64,000 bases of DNA, from contig CAYOLO010000001.1 of the NCBI GenBank assembly GCA_964404855.1, positions 297,322 to 361,321 on the forward strand, written 5' to 3'. A program made the position numbers and the translations under genes. Position 1 is the stretch's first letter. The number at the start of each line of letters is the position of its first letter. The notes under the pieces are model-generated. The model was not told the DNA's origin. It searched no databases and saw only the letters and a program-made list of their open reading frames with translations. This document shows positions 1-8,849 of the stretch, piece after piece. Origin of the DNA: an uncultured Gammaproteobacteria bacterium (GTDB lineage: Bacteria; Patescibacteriota; Microgenomatia; CAYQLK01).

Positions 1-348
1 ATTGTGTTTGATGATAAAGTCGTTGTTGGTAAGCTTGTTGAGTCTGGTATGGACATTGAAGAACAGAGCCTAAATATTTTTGAAAAAGAAATAAGTTTAG
101 CTAAAGAAATTGTCTGGAATGGCCCTATAGGTAATTTTGAGGATAAAAATTACTCTAATGGTACAAAGCGTTTAGTAGAAATGTTAATGAATTCTTCAGC
201 AAAAATAACACTCGGAGGTGGTGACACGATTAGTGCAATGAACCAGTTTGGGGATACAAAAAAAGTTTATTGGGTATGTCTTGGGGGTGGAGCAATGCTG
301 GATTATATTGCCGGAAAAGAAATGCCGGCAATTGAAGCTTTGAAGTAA
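1..348 (+). CDS. pgk: phosphoglycerate kinase, C-terminal part (5' truncated by window)
   Basis: IVWNGPIG, GGGDT and GGGAMLDYIAGKEMP motifs; directly upstream of gap. Confidence 0.93.
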   Translation: MVFDDKVVVGKLVESGMDIEEQSLNIFEKEISLAKEIVWNGPIGNFEDKNYSNGTKRLVEMLMNSSAKITLGGGDTISAMNQFGDTKKVYWVCLGGGAMLDYIAGKEMPAIEALK

Positions 349-467
349 GTGCTCGCTTCATATAGTGAAGCTACGCCTTCTCGATGAGTAAGTGCTCGCT
401 TCATATAGTGAAGCTACGCCTTCTCGATGAGTAAGTGCTCGCTTCATATAGTGAAGCTACGCCTTCT
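344..467. repeat. ~2.9 exact tandem copies of a 43-bp palindromic REP-like unit
   Basis: AGTAAGTGCTCGCTTCATATAGTGAAGCTACGCCTTCTCGATG starting at 344, 387 and 430; internal GCTTCA/TGAAGC hairpin. Confidence 0.95.
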
Positions 468-587
468 TTTTTAAATTCATAATTTATTTATAGGTTTAAG
501 GTTGAATTCAAAAAATAGTTAGTTTTTTGGTACGATTAGTATGTAGTTAGATATAAGTGTAGCTTTATAAGAGAATAGGCTAAAAAT

Positions 588-655
588 AAGTGCTCGCACA
601 AATTCACTAAATTTATGCTTCCAGCAAAATTTAGTTTCAGTTTGCGCTATGCTTT
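588..655. repeat. REP-like hairpin of the CTCGC...GCTAYG family
   Basis: AAGTGCTCGC-long imperfect stem-GCTATGC; same flanks as the 43-bp unit. Confidence 0.7.
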
Positions 656-696
656 CTTTTTTTAGCTTTTTCGTATTAAGCTCAAAAGCTAAAAAA

Positions 697-1722
697 ATGG
701 TAAAAGTAGCAATTAATGGATTCGGAAGAATAGGAAGAAGTGCTTTTAAGGTTGCCTTGACGCACCATAAAGACAAAGTCGAAATAGTAGCAATTAATGA
801 CTTAGCTGACACTAAGACTTTAGCTCATTTATTAAAATACGATAGTAATTACGGCCAGTTTTGGGGAGAAGTTGATTCTTCTGAGGATGCAATTTGGGTT
901 GATGGGCGCGAATTTAAGGTTTTTGCAAAAAAAGATCCAACAGAGCTTCCATGGAAAGACCTGGATGTTGATGTGGTAATTGAATCAACAGGGCTTTTTA
1001 CTTCGGAAGATAAAGCCAAAACTCATTTGACTGCAGGTGCAAAAAGAGTGGTAATTTCGGCTCCAGCTAAAGGTGGTAATGTTGGAACATATGTTTTGGG
1101 TGTAAACACTTACAAAGACGGTGAGGAGCTAGGTCAGAGCGGAATTATTAATAATGCTAGTTGTACTACAAACTGTATTTCACCTGTGGCGGCTGTAATG
1201 CATGCTAAATTTGGAGTAGCTAAGGCTTTGATGAGTACAATTCATGCTTATACTCAGGATCAGAGGTTGCAAGATTCGCCTCATGATGATTTAAGGAGAG
1301 CGAGAGCGGCACAATCTTCGATTATTCCAACCACGACTGGTGCGGCAATCGCTACGACAGAAGTAATTCCTGAGCTCAAAGGCTTGTTTGATGGAATTTC
1401 GTTTAGGGTGCCAATCTCAGTTGGATCTGTTTCAGACATAACTTTCGTACTCAAAACAAAAACTACCAAAGAAGAAGTTAACAAAGCTTTGTCTGAGGCT
1501 TCGAATAATCCGATTTATCAAGGTATAATAGCGGTGACTAATGAGCCTATTGTTTCAACGGATATTGTTGGCAGAACCGAATCCTCGATTGTTGATTTGG
1601 CACTTACTCAGGTGGTAGATGGGGATTTGGTCAAAGTTGTAGCGTGGTATGACAATGAGTGGGGATATAGTAATAGGTTGGTTGAGCAGGTTATTGCGGT
1701 TGGAGATCAAATTTCTGGTTAG
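697..1722 (+). CDS. gap: glyceraldehyde-3-phosphate dehydrogenase type I
   Basis: VAINGFGRIGR, NASCTTNC and WYDNEWGY motifs; ATG at 697 preferred. Confidence 0.97.
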   Translation: MVKVAINGFGRIGRSAFKVALTHHKDKVEIVAINDLADTKTLAHLLKYDSNYGQFWGEVDSSEDAIWVDGREFKVFAKKDPTELPWKDLDVDVVIESTGLFTSEDKAKTHLTAGAKRVVISAPAKGGNVGTYVLGVNTYKDGEELGQSGIINNASCTTNCISPVAAVMHAKFGVAKALMSTIHAYTQDQRLQDSPHDDLRRARAAQSSIIPTTTGAAIATTEVIPELKGLFDGISFRVPISVGSVSDITFVLKTKTTKEEVNKALSEASNNPIYQGIIAVTNEPIVSTDIVGRTESSIVDLALTQVVDGDLVKVVAWYDNEWGYSNRLVEQVIAVGDQISG

Positions 1723-1900
1723 TATTTTTTTTATTCTAATTTTCGAGATTGTTTTTTTTGTGAAATATAAGCGTGTTGTGGTATATTGCCACTCTAAGTA
1801 TTGAGTTCTTTGCGTTATTTGATAATAGGGTAATTGAGCTCTTTATGAAGTTGTTTCTTTGCACTTGAAAAAAACGAGGAATCCATGGAGGATTGGGAGA

Positions 1901-2758
1901 GTGTTTAAGCTAGTTCTACCGGCCACGCTTGCAATTCTGGGCTTGTCTATGATTGTTTTGACTGTATCGGATGTCAGTCAGGCACAACAATCATATGTTC
2001 TGCGGGTACCAATGGTGGCCGCTGACTCTGCAAGTGGTGTTTCTTCGGGTACTCCGACAAACACTGCGACAATCACATCGACTTCAACACCAACAAAAAC
2101 AGTTGGTTCAGTGACATCTACGCCAACATTGTCTCCGACTGGCGTATCTAGTTCGGTAACACCGACGCGCACAAGTACTGCTACGCTAACTGGAACAGTG
2201 GTAAATTCAACTCCGACATCGACTACTGTCTCAACAGGCACACCGATTCCCACATCAACAAAGACAGTTGTACCGACGGCTACTTCAACGAGTACACCGA
2301 CGAAGACTGCTGTGCCGACGGCTACTTCAACGAGTACGCCGACGAAGACTGCTGTGCCGACGTCTACTCCAACGAGTACACCGACAACTAGTGGATGCAG
2401 TTTTGCTGCCTTGCCTGATGTGATGACTTATTTCGGTAGCGCGAATAGTTATCCTCGAATCGTTCAGATTGATTTTGCCAACTTCAATGCCGAAGTTGGT
2501 GAATCTCAGACAATCACTGTTAAGGTCTGGGGAAGTTCTCCGATAGAGTCAGTATCGGTAGTTCTTGGTACTGACCATGGGTTTTCTTCTCCAAAACCGC
2601 TGATAAGCGTTTCTCAGGCGCTGATTGATGGGGTGTACAAGGATCAATGGAGCATCAACTACAGTGTGGCTGATACCCACGATTGTGTGTACACTTTTCA
2701 ATTCACGGTTGTTCAGCTGGATGGAGGGACGATTTCTCCGACTTTGACAGTCCGTTAA
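1901..2758 (+). CDS. secreted Thr/Pro/Ser-rich protein with C-terminal Cys-bounded Ig-like domain
   Basis: GTG after GGAGG; signal peptide; TPT repeats; C-terminal beta-rich domain. Confidence 0.8.
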   Translation: MFKLVLPATLAILGLSMIVLTVSDVSQAQQSYVLRVPMVAADSASGVSSGTPTNTATITSTSTPTKTVGSVTSTPTLSPTGVSSSVTPTRTSTATLTGTVVNSTPTSTTVSTGTPIPTSTKTVVPTATSTSTPTKTAVPTATSTSTPTKTAVPTSTPTSTPTTSGCSFAALPDVMTYFGSANSYPRIVQIDFANFNAEVGESQTITVKVWGSSPIESVSVVLGTDHGFSSPKPLISVSQALIDGVYKDQWSINYSVADTHDCVYTFQFTVVQLDGGTISPTLTVR

Positions 2759-2769
2759 TAAACCCCAGT

Positions 2770-2805
2770 AGCCCTTTCTCGGCTTTTGTTGAGAGAGGGC
2801 TTTTT
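2770..2805 (+). terminator. intrinsic terminator
   Basis: AGCCCTTTCTC/GAGAGAGGGCT stem plus T tract. Confidence 0.8.
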
Positions 2806-2888
2806 CTTGATTTAAAAAATTCTTTATATATAACCTATAATATGCTATAATAGCCTAGCACATTTAAGAAAAGTCGGAGGTGTAAGTC

Positions 2889-3362
2889 TTGACCCACTTT
2901 GGTGGCGGTTATGATCCTGATGATGATTCAGATATCATCGAGGGAGAGGCTCGCGAAGTTGACGCTGACCACGAGCCACGGAGGTTTTCGTGGAAGAAGC
3001 TTCTTCTTCTTGCCCTCGCGCTCGCGGGAGCAATCCTGCTTGTTTTCGCTGCTTTCAACTCGTGTGGTGGAGGAGATTCGCAGTCTCCCGGTGACACTGA
3101 CAGTCTAACAACTGTGGTGCCAACGGAGGTTGTGACGACTCCAGAACCAACTGCGAGTGTGACCGTTAGCACTCCGACAGCCACATCAACATCTGCGGTC
3201 ACGGTTCCGACTGCGACCGTGAGAGCTGATACTGGCGACCCACTTGGGTTGACCGACGGCTCTTCAGGATCAGGTGTGGTGATGTTTGTACTAGCTTTGC
3301 TAGTTGCGACATCGTGTGTGTGGATTTTCTTCAGGAAAACCGGCCCAGAGCGGCATAGGTAA
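2889..3362 (+). CDS. Thr/Pro-rich surface protein with C-terminal RADTG-TM-basic tail
   Basis: TTG after GGAGGTG; hydrophobic segment ending CGGG; PTATVRADTGDP then TM helix and RKTGPERHR. Confidence 0.8.
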   Translation: MTHFGGGYDPDDDSDIIEGEAREVDADHEPRRFSWKKLLLLALALAGAILLVFAAFNSCGGGDSQSPGDTDSLTTVVPTEVVTTPEPTASVTVSTPTATSTSAVTVPTATVRADTGDPLGLTDGSSGSGVVMFVLALLVATSCVWIFFRKTGPERHR

Positions 3363-3395
3363 AACTAGAAGGAGAGACCATTTCGACCAGATAGT

Positions 3396-3437
3396 TAACC
3401 CACTCTTGCTATTAATACGCAGAGTGGGTTATTTTTT
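3396..3437 (+). terminator. intrinsic terminator
   Basis: TAACCCACTCT/AGAGTGGGTTA stem plus T tract. Confidence 0.8.
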
Positions 3438-3475
3438 ATCCTCTAGTTGGATTATTTTATATTACAGGTTATGCC

Positions 3476-3504
3476 TTGACAAACTATAGGTTATATTATA
3501 TAAT
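3476..3504 (+). promoter_or_regulatory. sigma70 promoter
   Basis: TTGACA-17 bp-TATAAT consensus. Confidence 0.8.
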
Positions 3505-3542
3505 GTCTTTACGATTTTGAAGCTAGATTGACACCTTAAGCG

Positions 3543-4328
3543 GTGTCGGTTGAGCCTCAAGAGCGTAAAAAGTTCTTTAAATCTGCTGCTTTTCTGGTTT
3601 TGTCTCTCGCCAAAGCACCATATGGAGGTGTTCCCCTGGTTAGTACGAGAATCATTAAGATGTCTCTGGCTCTGGTAAGCGTTGTGGCACTCGCCATGAT
3701 GCTAGGCTCGATTATGCTTGGTTCTACCACAAGTGGAGCTTATGCAGATCGCCCCGATCCGACGCCAATGGGAACGAATGTTCCCAACACTCCGACCGAA
3801 GTTCCGGAGCCCTGTAAGGGTACTCCGGTATCTGGATCGGCGTGTATAACGCTGACTCCGACGCCTACGGCCACCCCGACGAAGACGGCTACTCCAACGA
3901 GTACGCCAACCAAGACGGCTACGCCTACTGCAACGAGCACACCGAAGACGCCTACGGCCACCCCGACGAAGACGGCTACGCCAAAGACGCCAACGGCAAC
4001 ACCTACTGGTACGCCGACCAAGCCGACGAAGACACCTACGCCGACCAAGACGCCGAAAACTTCGACGCCAACGGCAACACCTACGACTGTTACGGCCACT
4101 CCAACTACGGTTGTTACGGTGACGGTGACTCCGACGCCAACCGCGACCTCGGTGATTTATATCCCCACGGCTACAGTTCGTGCGGATACGGGTGATCCGA
4201 TGTTACTGGTTGGAAGCCCGACATCGGGTGGTGGTCCAGTGGGTTGGATGATGATTACTGGTGCCGTTCTGGCGCTGGTGGCAATCATCGGATTCCTCGC
4301 AATGAGGGTACGCAATCGAGAGATTTAG
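3543..4328 (+). CDS. Thr/Pro-rich surface protein with C-terminal RADTG-TM-basic tail (true start probably 3636-3660)
   Basis: GGAGGTG at 3624; signal peptide; TPTKT repeats; PTATVRADTGDP, TM helix, RVRNREI. Confidence 0.8.
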   Translation: MSVEPQERKKFFKSAAFLVLSLAKAPYGGVPLVSTRIIKMSLALVSVVALAMMLGSIMLGSTTSGAYADRPDPTPMGTNVPNTPTEVPEPCKGTPVSGSACITLTPTPTATPTKTATPTSTPTKTATPTATSTPKTPTATPTKTATPKTPTATPTGTPTKPTKTPTPTKTPKTSTPTATPTTVTATPTTVVTVTVTPTPTATSVIYIPTATVRADTGDPMLLVGSPTSGGGPVGWMMITGAVLALVAIIGFLAMRVRNREI

Positions 4329-4353
4329 TTAGAAGCAGAAGCAGACGGTCCTC

Positions 4354-4400
4354 GTGGCCCCGGTTTTTCCTTTAATAAGGAAGACGGGGCCACTTTTTTT
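4354..4400 (+). terminator. intrinsic terminator
   Basis: GTGGCCCCG/CGGGGCCAC stem plus T7. Confidence 0.85.
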
Positions 4401-4523
4401 GTTTTAAATTAGTCTTTATTGCAAATGTTTAATATTTTCTGCTAGAATCTAGCGGCTTTAACTCCGGTTGCGATATTTTGAAACCTGATTAGAGCAAATT
4501 TTAAAGAAAGAAGGAAATATAAA

Positions 4524-5654
4524 TTGGCAGAAAAAAAAGTTAAAAAAACAACAGAGAAAGTAGAGAAGGTTGTAAAAAAAGATTTTAAGACCATGGACGA
4601 GTTGGTAATGTCCTTGGGAGAAGAGGCGGTTTTTGGTTTTAAGCGCGGGCAACAAGTTGAAGGAACGATTATCTCAGCTACAAATAGAGAAGTTTTAATT
4701 GATATTGGCGGTAAGTCCGAAGGTATTTTGGCAGCCAAAGAACAGCTTAGTTCAAGAGATTTGATTGCTACTATGTCACCAGGCGATAAGATCGAAGCAA
4801 CGGTTTTGGTGCCAGAGAATGAGCAAGGACAGGTTGTTTTGTCACTACGAAAAATTGGTGGAGAGAAGCGTTGGGAAGAGTTGACAGCCAAAATCGGATC
4901 ATCTGAAGAGATTGATGCGATTGTGGTTGATTCTAATCGCGGTGGACTTATTTTGGACTTCTCTGGTTTAAGAGGATTTTTGCCAACCTCTCAAATGTCT
5001 AGCCAAGAGAGAAGGCCAGCAAAACTAATGAATAAATCACTAAAGGTTAAAGTTTTGGAAGCTGATAGGTCTTCAAATAGACTTATTTTTTCACAGAAGT
5101 CTGCAGGTATTAGCAGTGAAGATTTAGATAAAAAGAAAGAAGTACTGGCTAAAATTACCGTTGGTGACAAGTTCTCTGGAGAGATTACAGCAGTAATGCC
5201 TTTTGGTGTTTTTGTGAGAGTTGAACCTGTTGAGGGCGAGTCTATCGAAGGATTGGTACATATTTCAGAAATGAGTTGGGAAAAAGTTGAAGATCCTAAC
5301 AATGAACAAAAGGTTGGAAATAAAGTAGAGGTGGTAGCGACTGCGGTATTACCAGAGGAAGGCAAACTAACGCTATCTATTAAGAGACTTAAAGATAATC
5401 CTTGGGAAGAAGTAGCTAGTAGATATCCAAAGGATACCAAAGTGTCTGGAAAAGTAACAAGACTAACTGGTTTTGGAGCTTTTGTTCAAATCGATAAAGA
5501 TGTTGAGGGTTTGATGCATATTTCCAAAATTCCACCTGAGCTTAATGTCGAGGCTGGTCAAGAGATAGAATGCACAGTTGAATCTATTGATGTTGTGTCA
5601 CGAAGAATTTCTTTAGCGCCGATTTTGACTGAGAAGCCTTTGATGTATCGATAA
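4524..5654 (+). CDS. rpsA: 30S ribosomal protein S1 (4 S1 domains)
   Basis: repeated S1 motifs (DIGGKSEG, GFLPTSQ, EGLVHISE, EGLMHISK). Confidence 0.88.
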   Translation: MAEKKVKKTTEKVEKVVKKDFKTMDELVMSLGEEAVFGFKRGQQVEGTIISATNREVLIDIGGKSEGILAAKEQLSSRDLIATMSPGDKIEATVLVPENEQGQVVLSLRKIGGEKRWEELTAKIGSSEEIDAIVVDSNRGGLILDFSGLRGFLPTSQMSSQERRPAKLMNKSLKVKVLEADRSSNRLIFSQKSAGISSEDLDKKKEVLAKITVGDKFSGEITAVMPFGVFVRVEPVEGESIEGLVHISEMSWEKVEDPNNEQKVGNKVEVVATAVLPEEGKLTLSIKRLKDNPWEEVASRYPKDTKVSGKVTRLTGFGAFVQIDKDVEGLMHISKIPPELNVEAGQEIECTVESIDVVSRRISLAPILTEKPLMYR

Positions 5655-5813
5655 ATTTCGAGACAAAACCTATGGTTTTTTCTCGACGAGTTTTTGGCAA
5701 AGCCAAATTTTACCTTCGTTAAAACCACTCTACTCTTTTTCCTTATTAGATCGTGTTTGTATTTTGATTCGGGATTACCTGATAGGGTATGATGTGGCTG
5801 GATTTTTAATCTA

Positions 5814-7124
5814 ATGAAAAAACAAACAAATTATATTTGCACTAACTGTGGTTACTATTCGCCAGTGATGATGGGTAAGTGTCCAGAGTGTGCGCAGTGG
5901 GGAACATTTGAGTTAAAGATTCAAGAGGAAATTTTAAATAAAGCTAGCGTTTCTGCTAATCCAATTAGCCTAACACAGGTAAAAGAAACAGATGTAAAGT
6001 TGCGACACCAGACGGGATTTGGAGAATTCGACAGGGTTTTGGGTGGAGGTTTGGTTGCCGGCTCGGTAGTACTGGTAGCAGGGGATCCTGGAATTGGAAA
6101 ATCAACTTTGCTTTTGGAATCTGCTGTAAATATTGCCAAGGACAACCCCAAAAAAGAAGTATTGTATGTATCTGGTGAAGAATCTGCGTATCAAATTAAG
6201 CTTAGAAGCACAAGAATTGCTAAGGATATTCCGGATAATTTAAAGGTTTTAGCTGAAACAGATGTCGAAATAATTGTTTCAACGATTGAAAAATATAAAT
6301 ACGAGTTAGTGATTGTAGATTCAATACAAACAATTCAAACTCCAAGTGTTAGCGGGTCTTGGGGAAGTTTGGTGCAGATTAGAGAATCGACATTGAGATT
6401 TGCTAAGGTCGCAAAATCACTGCATATTCCTATTATGATTGTGGGGCACGTTACAAAAGAAGGCGAAATTGCAGGACCAAAAATATTAGAACACCTAGTA
6501 GATGTGGTTTTGGTATTAGAAGGAGATCAGTTCGGAATATTCAGGATACTTAGAGCCTCAAAAAATCGATATGGCTCAACGTCAGAGGTTGGTATTTTTG
6601 AAATGAGAGATAAAGGATTAATAGAGGTTAAAAATCCTTCTGAGTTATTTTTGTCAGAATGGAAAGACAATTTGCCTGGGTCGGTAATATTTCCTTCTGT
6701 TCAAGGAGATCGTCCAATTTTGGTAGAAGTGCAGGCACTAGTCACACCAAGCTTGTTTGGTAATCCTAGAAGAGTAGCAACAGGAGTTGATTATTCGAGA
6801 CTACAAAACATAATTGCAGTTCTTACTAAGTTTGGCAAATTACCACTCGGTACTTGTGATGTGGTTGTGAATGTGGCTGGAGGAATGAATATTAAGGAAC
6901 CTGCGATGGACTTGGCGGTAGCTGTAGCGATTTATAGTGCAGTAAAAAACAAAGCATTAAAAGAAAATACGGTTGTGTTTGGTGAGCTTGGTTTGTTGGG
7001 GGAGGTAAGAAGAGTATCTTTTGATAAAAAGAGGATGGAAGAAGCTAAAAAATTAGGTTTTAATTCCATTATTCAGCCTGATGGATTAAAAAATATTATT
7101 GAAGCAATGAGATCTTTGCAATAA
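5814..7124 (+). CDS. radA: DNA repair protein RadA/Sms
   Basis: CxxC..CxxC zinc finger, GDPGIGKST Walker A, KNRYG motif, Lon-like C-terminus. Confidence 0.97.
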   Translation: MKKQTNYICTNCGYYSPVMMGKCPECAQWGTFELKIQEEILNKASVSANPISLTQVKETDVKLRHQTGFGEFDRVLGGGLVAGSVVLVAGDPGIGKSTLLLESAVNIAKDNPKKEVLYVSGEESAYQIKLRSTRIAKDIPDNLKVLAETDVEIIVSTIEKYKYELVIVDSIQTIQTPSVSGSWGSLVQIRESTLRFAKVAKSLHIPIMIVGHVTKEGEIAGPKILEHLVDVVLVLEGDQFGIFRILRASKNRYGSTSEVGIFEMRDKGLIEVKNPSELFLSEWKDNLPGSVIFPSVQGDRPILVEVQALVTPSLFGNPRRVATGVDYSRLQNIIAVLTKFGKLPLGTCDVVVNVAGGMNIKEPAMDLAVAVAIYSAVKNKALKENTVVFGELGLLGEVRRVSFDKKRMEEAKKLGFNSIIQPDGLKNIIEAMRSLQ

Positions 7125-7128
7125 TTGA

Positions 7129-8040
7129 ATGCCAAAATTTTTGATTCCAAGAAATAAATTTTTATGGTTTTTGCTTACCCGTGTTTTGGGCATGGCTGTT
7201 TTGCTAAGTTTTGGTGGGTATTTGGCAAAACCTGGGGTGTGGCCAGATTTTCCGTTTGATCCGCCAGTATTTGCGGAAATTATTAGCGCATTTGTGTTTG
7301 GGGCAATTGGATTTTTCTTGCCGGATTTGATTGTAATAGGTACGAAATCTGGGTTTACGAGAATAATGGACATGATTGCAGTTAGAGTTTCAGCAAGCGT
7401 GGTTAAAAGTCTGCCAAAAAGAAGGGTCAGTAAAAAAAAGAAAGTTAAACATGAGTCGGATTGGGTTTTGGTCGATACATCAGCTTTGATGGATTCGAGG
7501 CTGGTTCGGGTTGTGGAGTCGGGATTTTTGAGAGGAACATTAGTTATTTCGAAGACAATTTTGACAGAACTTAGACACTTGGCGGACAGTAAGGAAAATT
7601 CGAAAAGAGAAAAAGGTCGCAGAGCTTTGTCAGATTTAGCAAAATTAAAAGATTATAAGAGTATAAAAGTCAAATTCATTGACGGTTTTATACAAAAAGA
7701 AGCTGACGGAGGGCTGATTGAGTTTGCCAGCATAAATAAACTTCCATTATTGACTGTAGACTTTAATTTGCTCAAAGAAGCTGAGGCTAGGGGGATTAGT
7801 GTAATGTCTTTTAATACTCTTTCGAACGCGATTAAAATAGACGCTTTGCCTGGAGACAATCTTAATATTAAGGTTACACAGGTCGGCTCGGTCAAGGGAC
7901 AAGGGGTGGGGTTCTTGTCTGATGGAACAATGGTTGTTATAGAAAATGGAGAAGATCTTATAGGAAAGACGGTCAAAATCGAAGTAAATAAAGCTATTCA
8001 GAAGGATACTGGGAGAATAATTTTTGGATCGGTTGCTTAA
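7129..8040 (+). CDS. membrane PIN/TRAM domain protein (YacL-like)
   Basis: N-terminal TMs, VDTSALMD PIN motif, GQGVGFLSDGTMVVIE TRAM domain; follows radA. Confidence 0.88.
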   Translation: MPKFLIPRNKFLWFLLTRVLGMAVLLSFGGYLAKPGVWPDFPFDPPVFAEIISAFVFGAIGFFLPDLIVIGTKSGFTRIMDMIAVRVSASVVKSLPKRRVSKKKKVKHESDWVLVDTSALMDSRLVRVVESGFLRGTLVISKTILTELRHLADSKENSKREKGRRALSDLAKLKDYKSIKVKFIDGFIQKEADGGLIEFASINKLPLLTVDFNLLKEAEARGISVMSFNTLSNAIKIDALPGDNLNIKVTQVGSVKGQGVGFLSDGTMVVIENGEDLIGKTVKIEVNKAIQKDTGRIIFGSVA

Positions 8041-8235
8041 TTGTCTTATTTTTTATTTGTAGTTACTCGTAATAAAGTTATCAAATAGTTATCCACAGAA
8101 ACTGATTTTGTTCTTAGAACAAGTTCATACACATATTTTGCCTATCCTAATAGGCTTATATTTTTGTTTGTTATAAATAAAATACTATCGGATATAGGTT
8201 TTTTATGGATAAATAGCTATAGGGCAGTAAATATG

Positions 8236-8264
8236 TTGACATAAAAATTATAACCGTGTAATAT
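8236..8264 (+). promoter_or_regulatory. sigma70 promoter driving a non-coding region
   Basis: TTGACA-17 bp-TAATAT. Confidence 0.65.
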
Positions 8265-8270
8265 CAAATT

Positions 8271-8684
8271 ACAGACTGAATGACTGTGTAATTTAAATCT
8301 CGTATAGCGTGAAAGAGTTGTTTGACAGTGAATTGTCACTGGCTTCACTCTTTGTCTTTTGGACTTGTTCCAGAAGGGAAGTTTTAGCTTAAAGCTTAGC
8401 AAGGCTTTTGTCCTAAAAAGAGCTTTGTTAGCTTTAAGCCAAGAGATAAGTAGCTCGCACTTTTTATTTTTAATCTTTAAGGCAAACTTTCTTGTTTATC
8501 TGATCTAAGGCAAATTGATTGGTAGGGAACGGAAAGGTTAAAGATTCGAACTAATTAGGTGTAGGGAAAAATAAGCATAAAAAAGAGCATTACTACCGCA
8601 GACTGAATGAACTCGTATAGCAATGCTCTGTGAGGTGTTTTAGGGAAGCGACTTAGGGCAGCTAAGTTGCTTTCCTTGTTTATT
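8271..8684 (+). ncRNA. putative ~410-nt structured RNA of unknown family
   Basis: own promoter; five or more stem-loops whose G-U pairs favour the + strand; terminator-like hairpin 8642-8677 plus T-rich tail; no long ORF. Confidence 0.5.
8575..8678 (-). ncRNA. putative ~100-nt antisense sRNA
   Basis: minus-strand TTGACA(8714)-18 bp-TACATT promoter; terminator hairpin 8584-8629 plus U6; carries complement of 8272-8283 and 8299-8308. Confidence 0.45.
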
Positions 8685-8802
8685 AATGTAAATCAGAGTT
8701 CGTATTACTGTCAAGGGGTAAAATAGGTAATTTTTACCTATTTTGAAGCTAAAATCCATTTTTTGAGTAAATATTGTATACATAATATATTGCCCTATAG
8801 TA

Positions 8803-8831
8803 TTGACATTATAACTAATCTTTAGTATAAT
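8803..8831 (+). promoter_or_regulatory. sigma70 promoter
   Basis: TTGACA-17 bp-TATAAT. Confidence 0.8.
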
Positions 8832-8849
8832 TTCGTCCAGTTAAATACT

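Noticed and set aside
344-467. CRISPR array
   Set aside because: Units are head-to-tail identical with no unique spacers, and there are no cas genes.
1978-4195. Antisense and alternate-frame ORFs (VGVAVGV- or YADED-rich), also throughout 17198-36002
   Set aside because: Shadows of Thr/Pro/Gly-rich coding repeats on the real strand.
8089-8212. oriC suggested by TTATCCACA at 8089 (also TTATACACA at 59193)
   Set aside because: Only isolated boxes, no dnaA/dnaN nearby, and the + strand stays G/T-rich on both sides.
8272-8320. Hammerhead ribozyme from CTGAATGA...GAAA
   Set aside because: The core does not match CUGANGA, and the required three stems could not be built.
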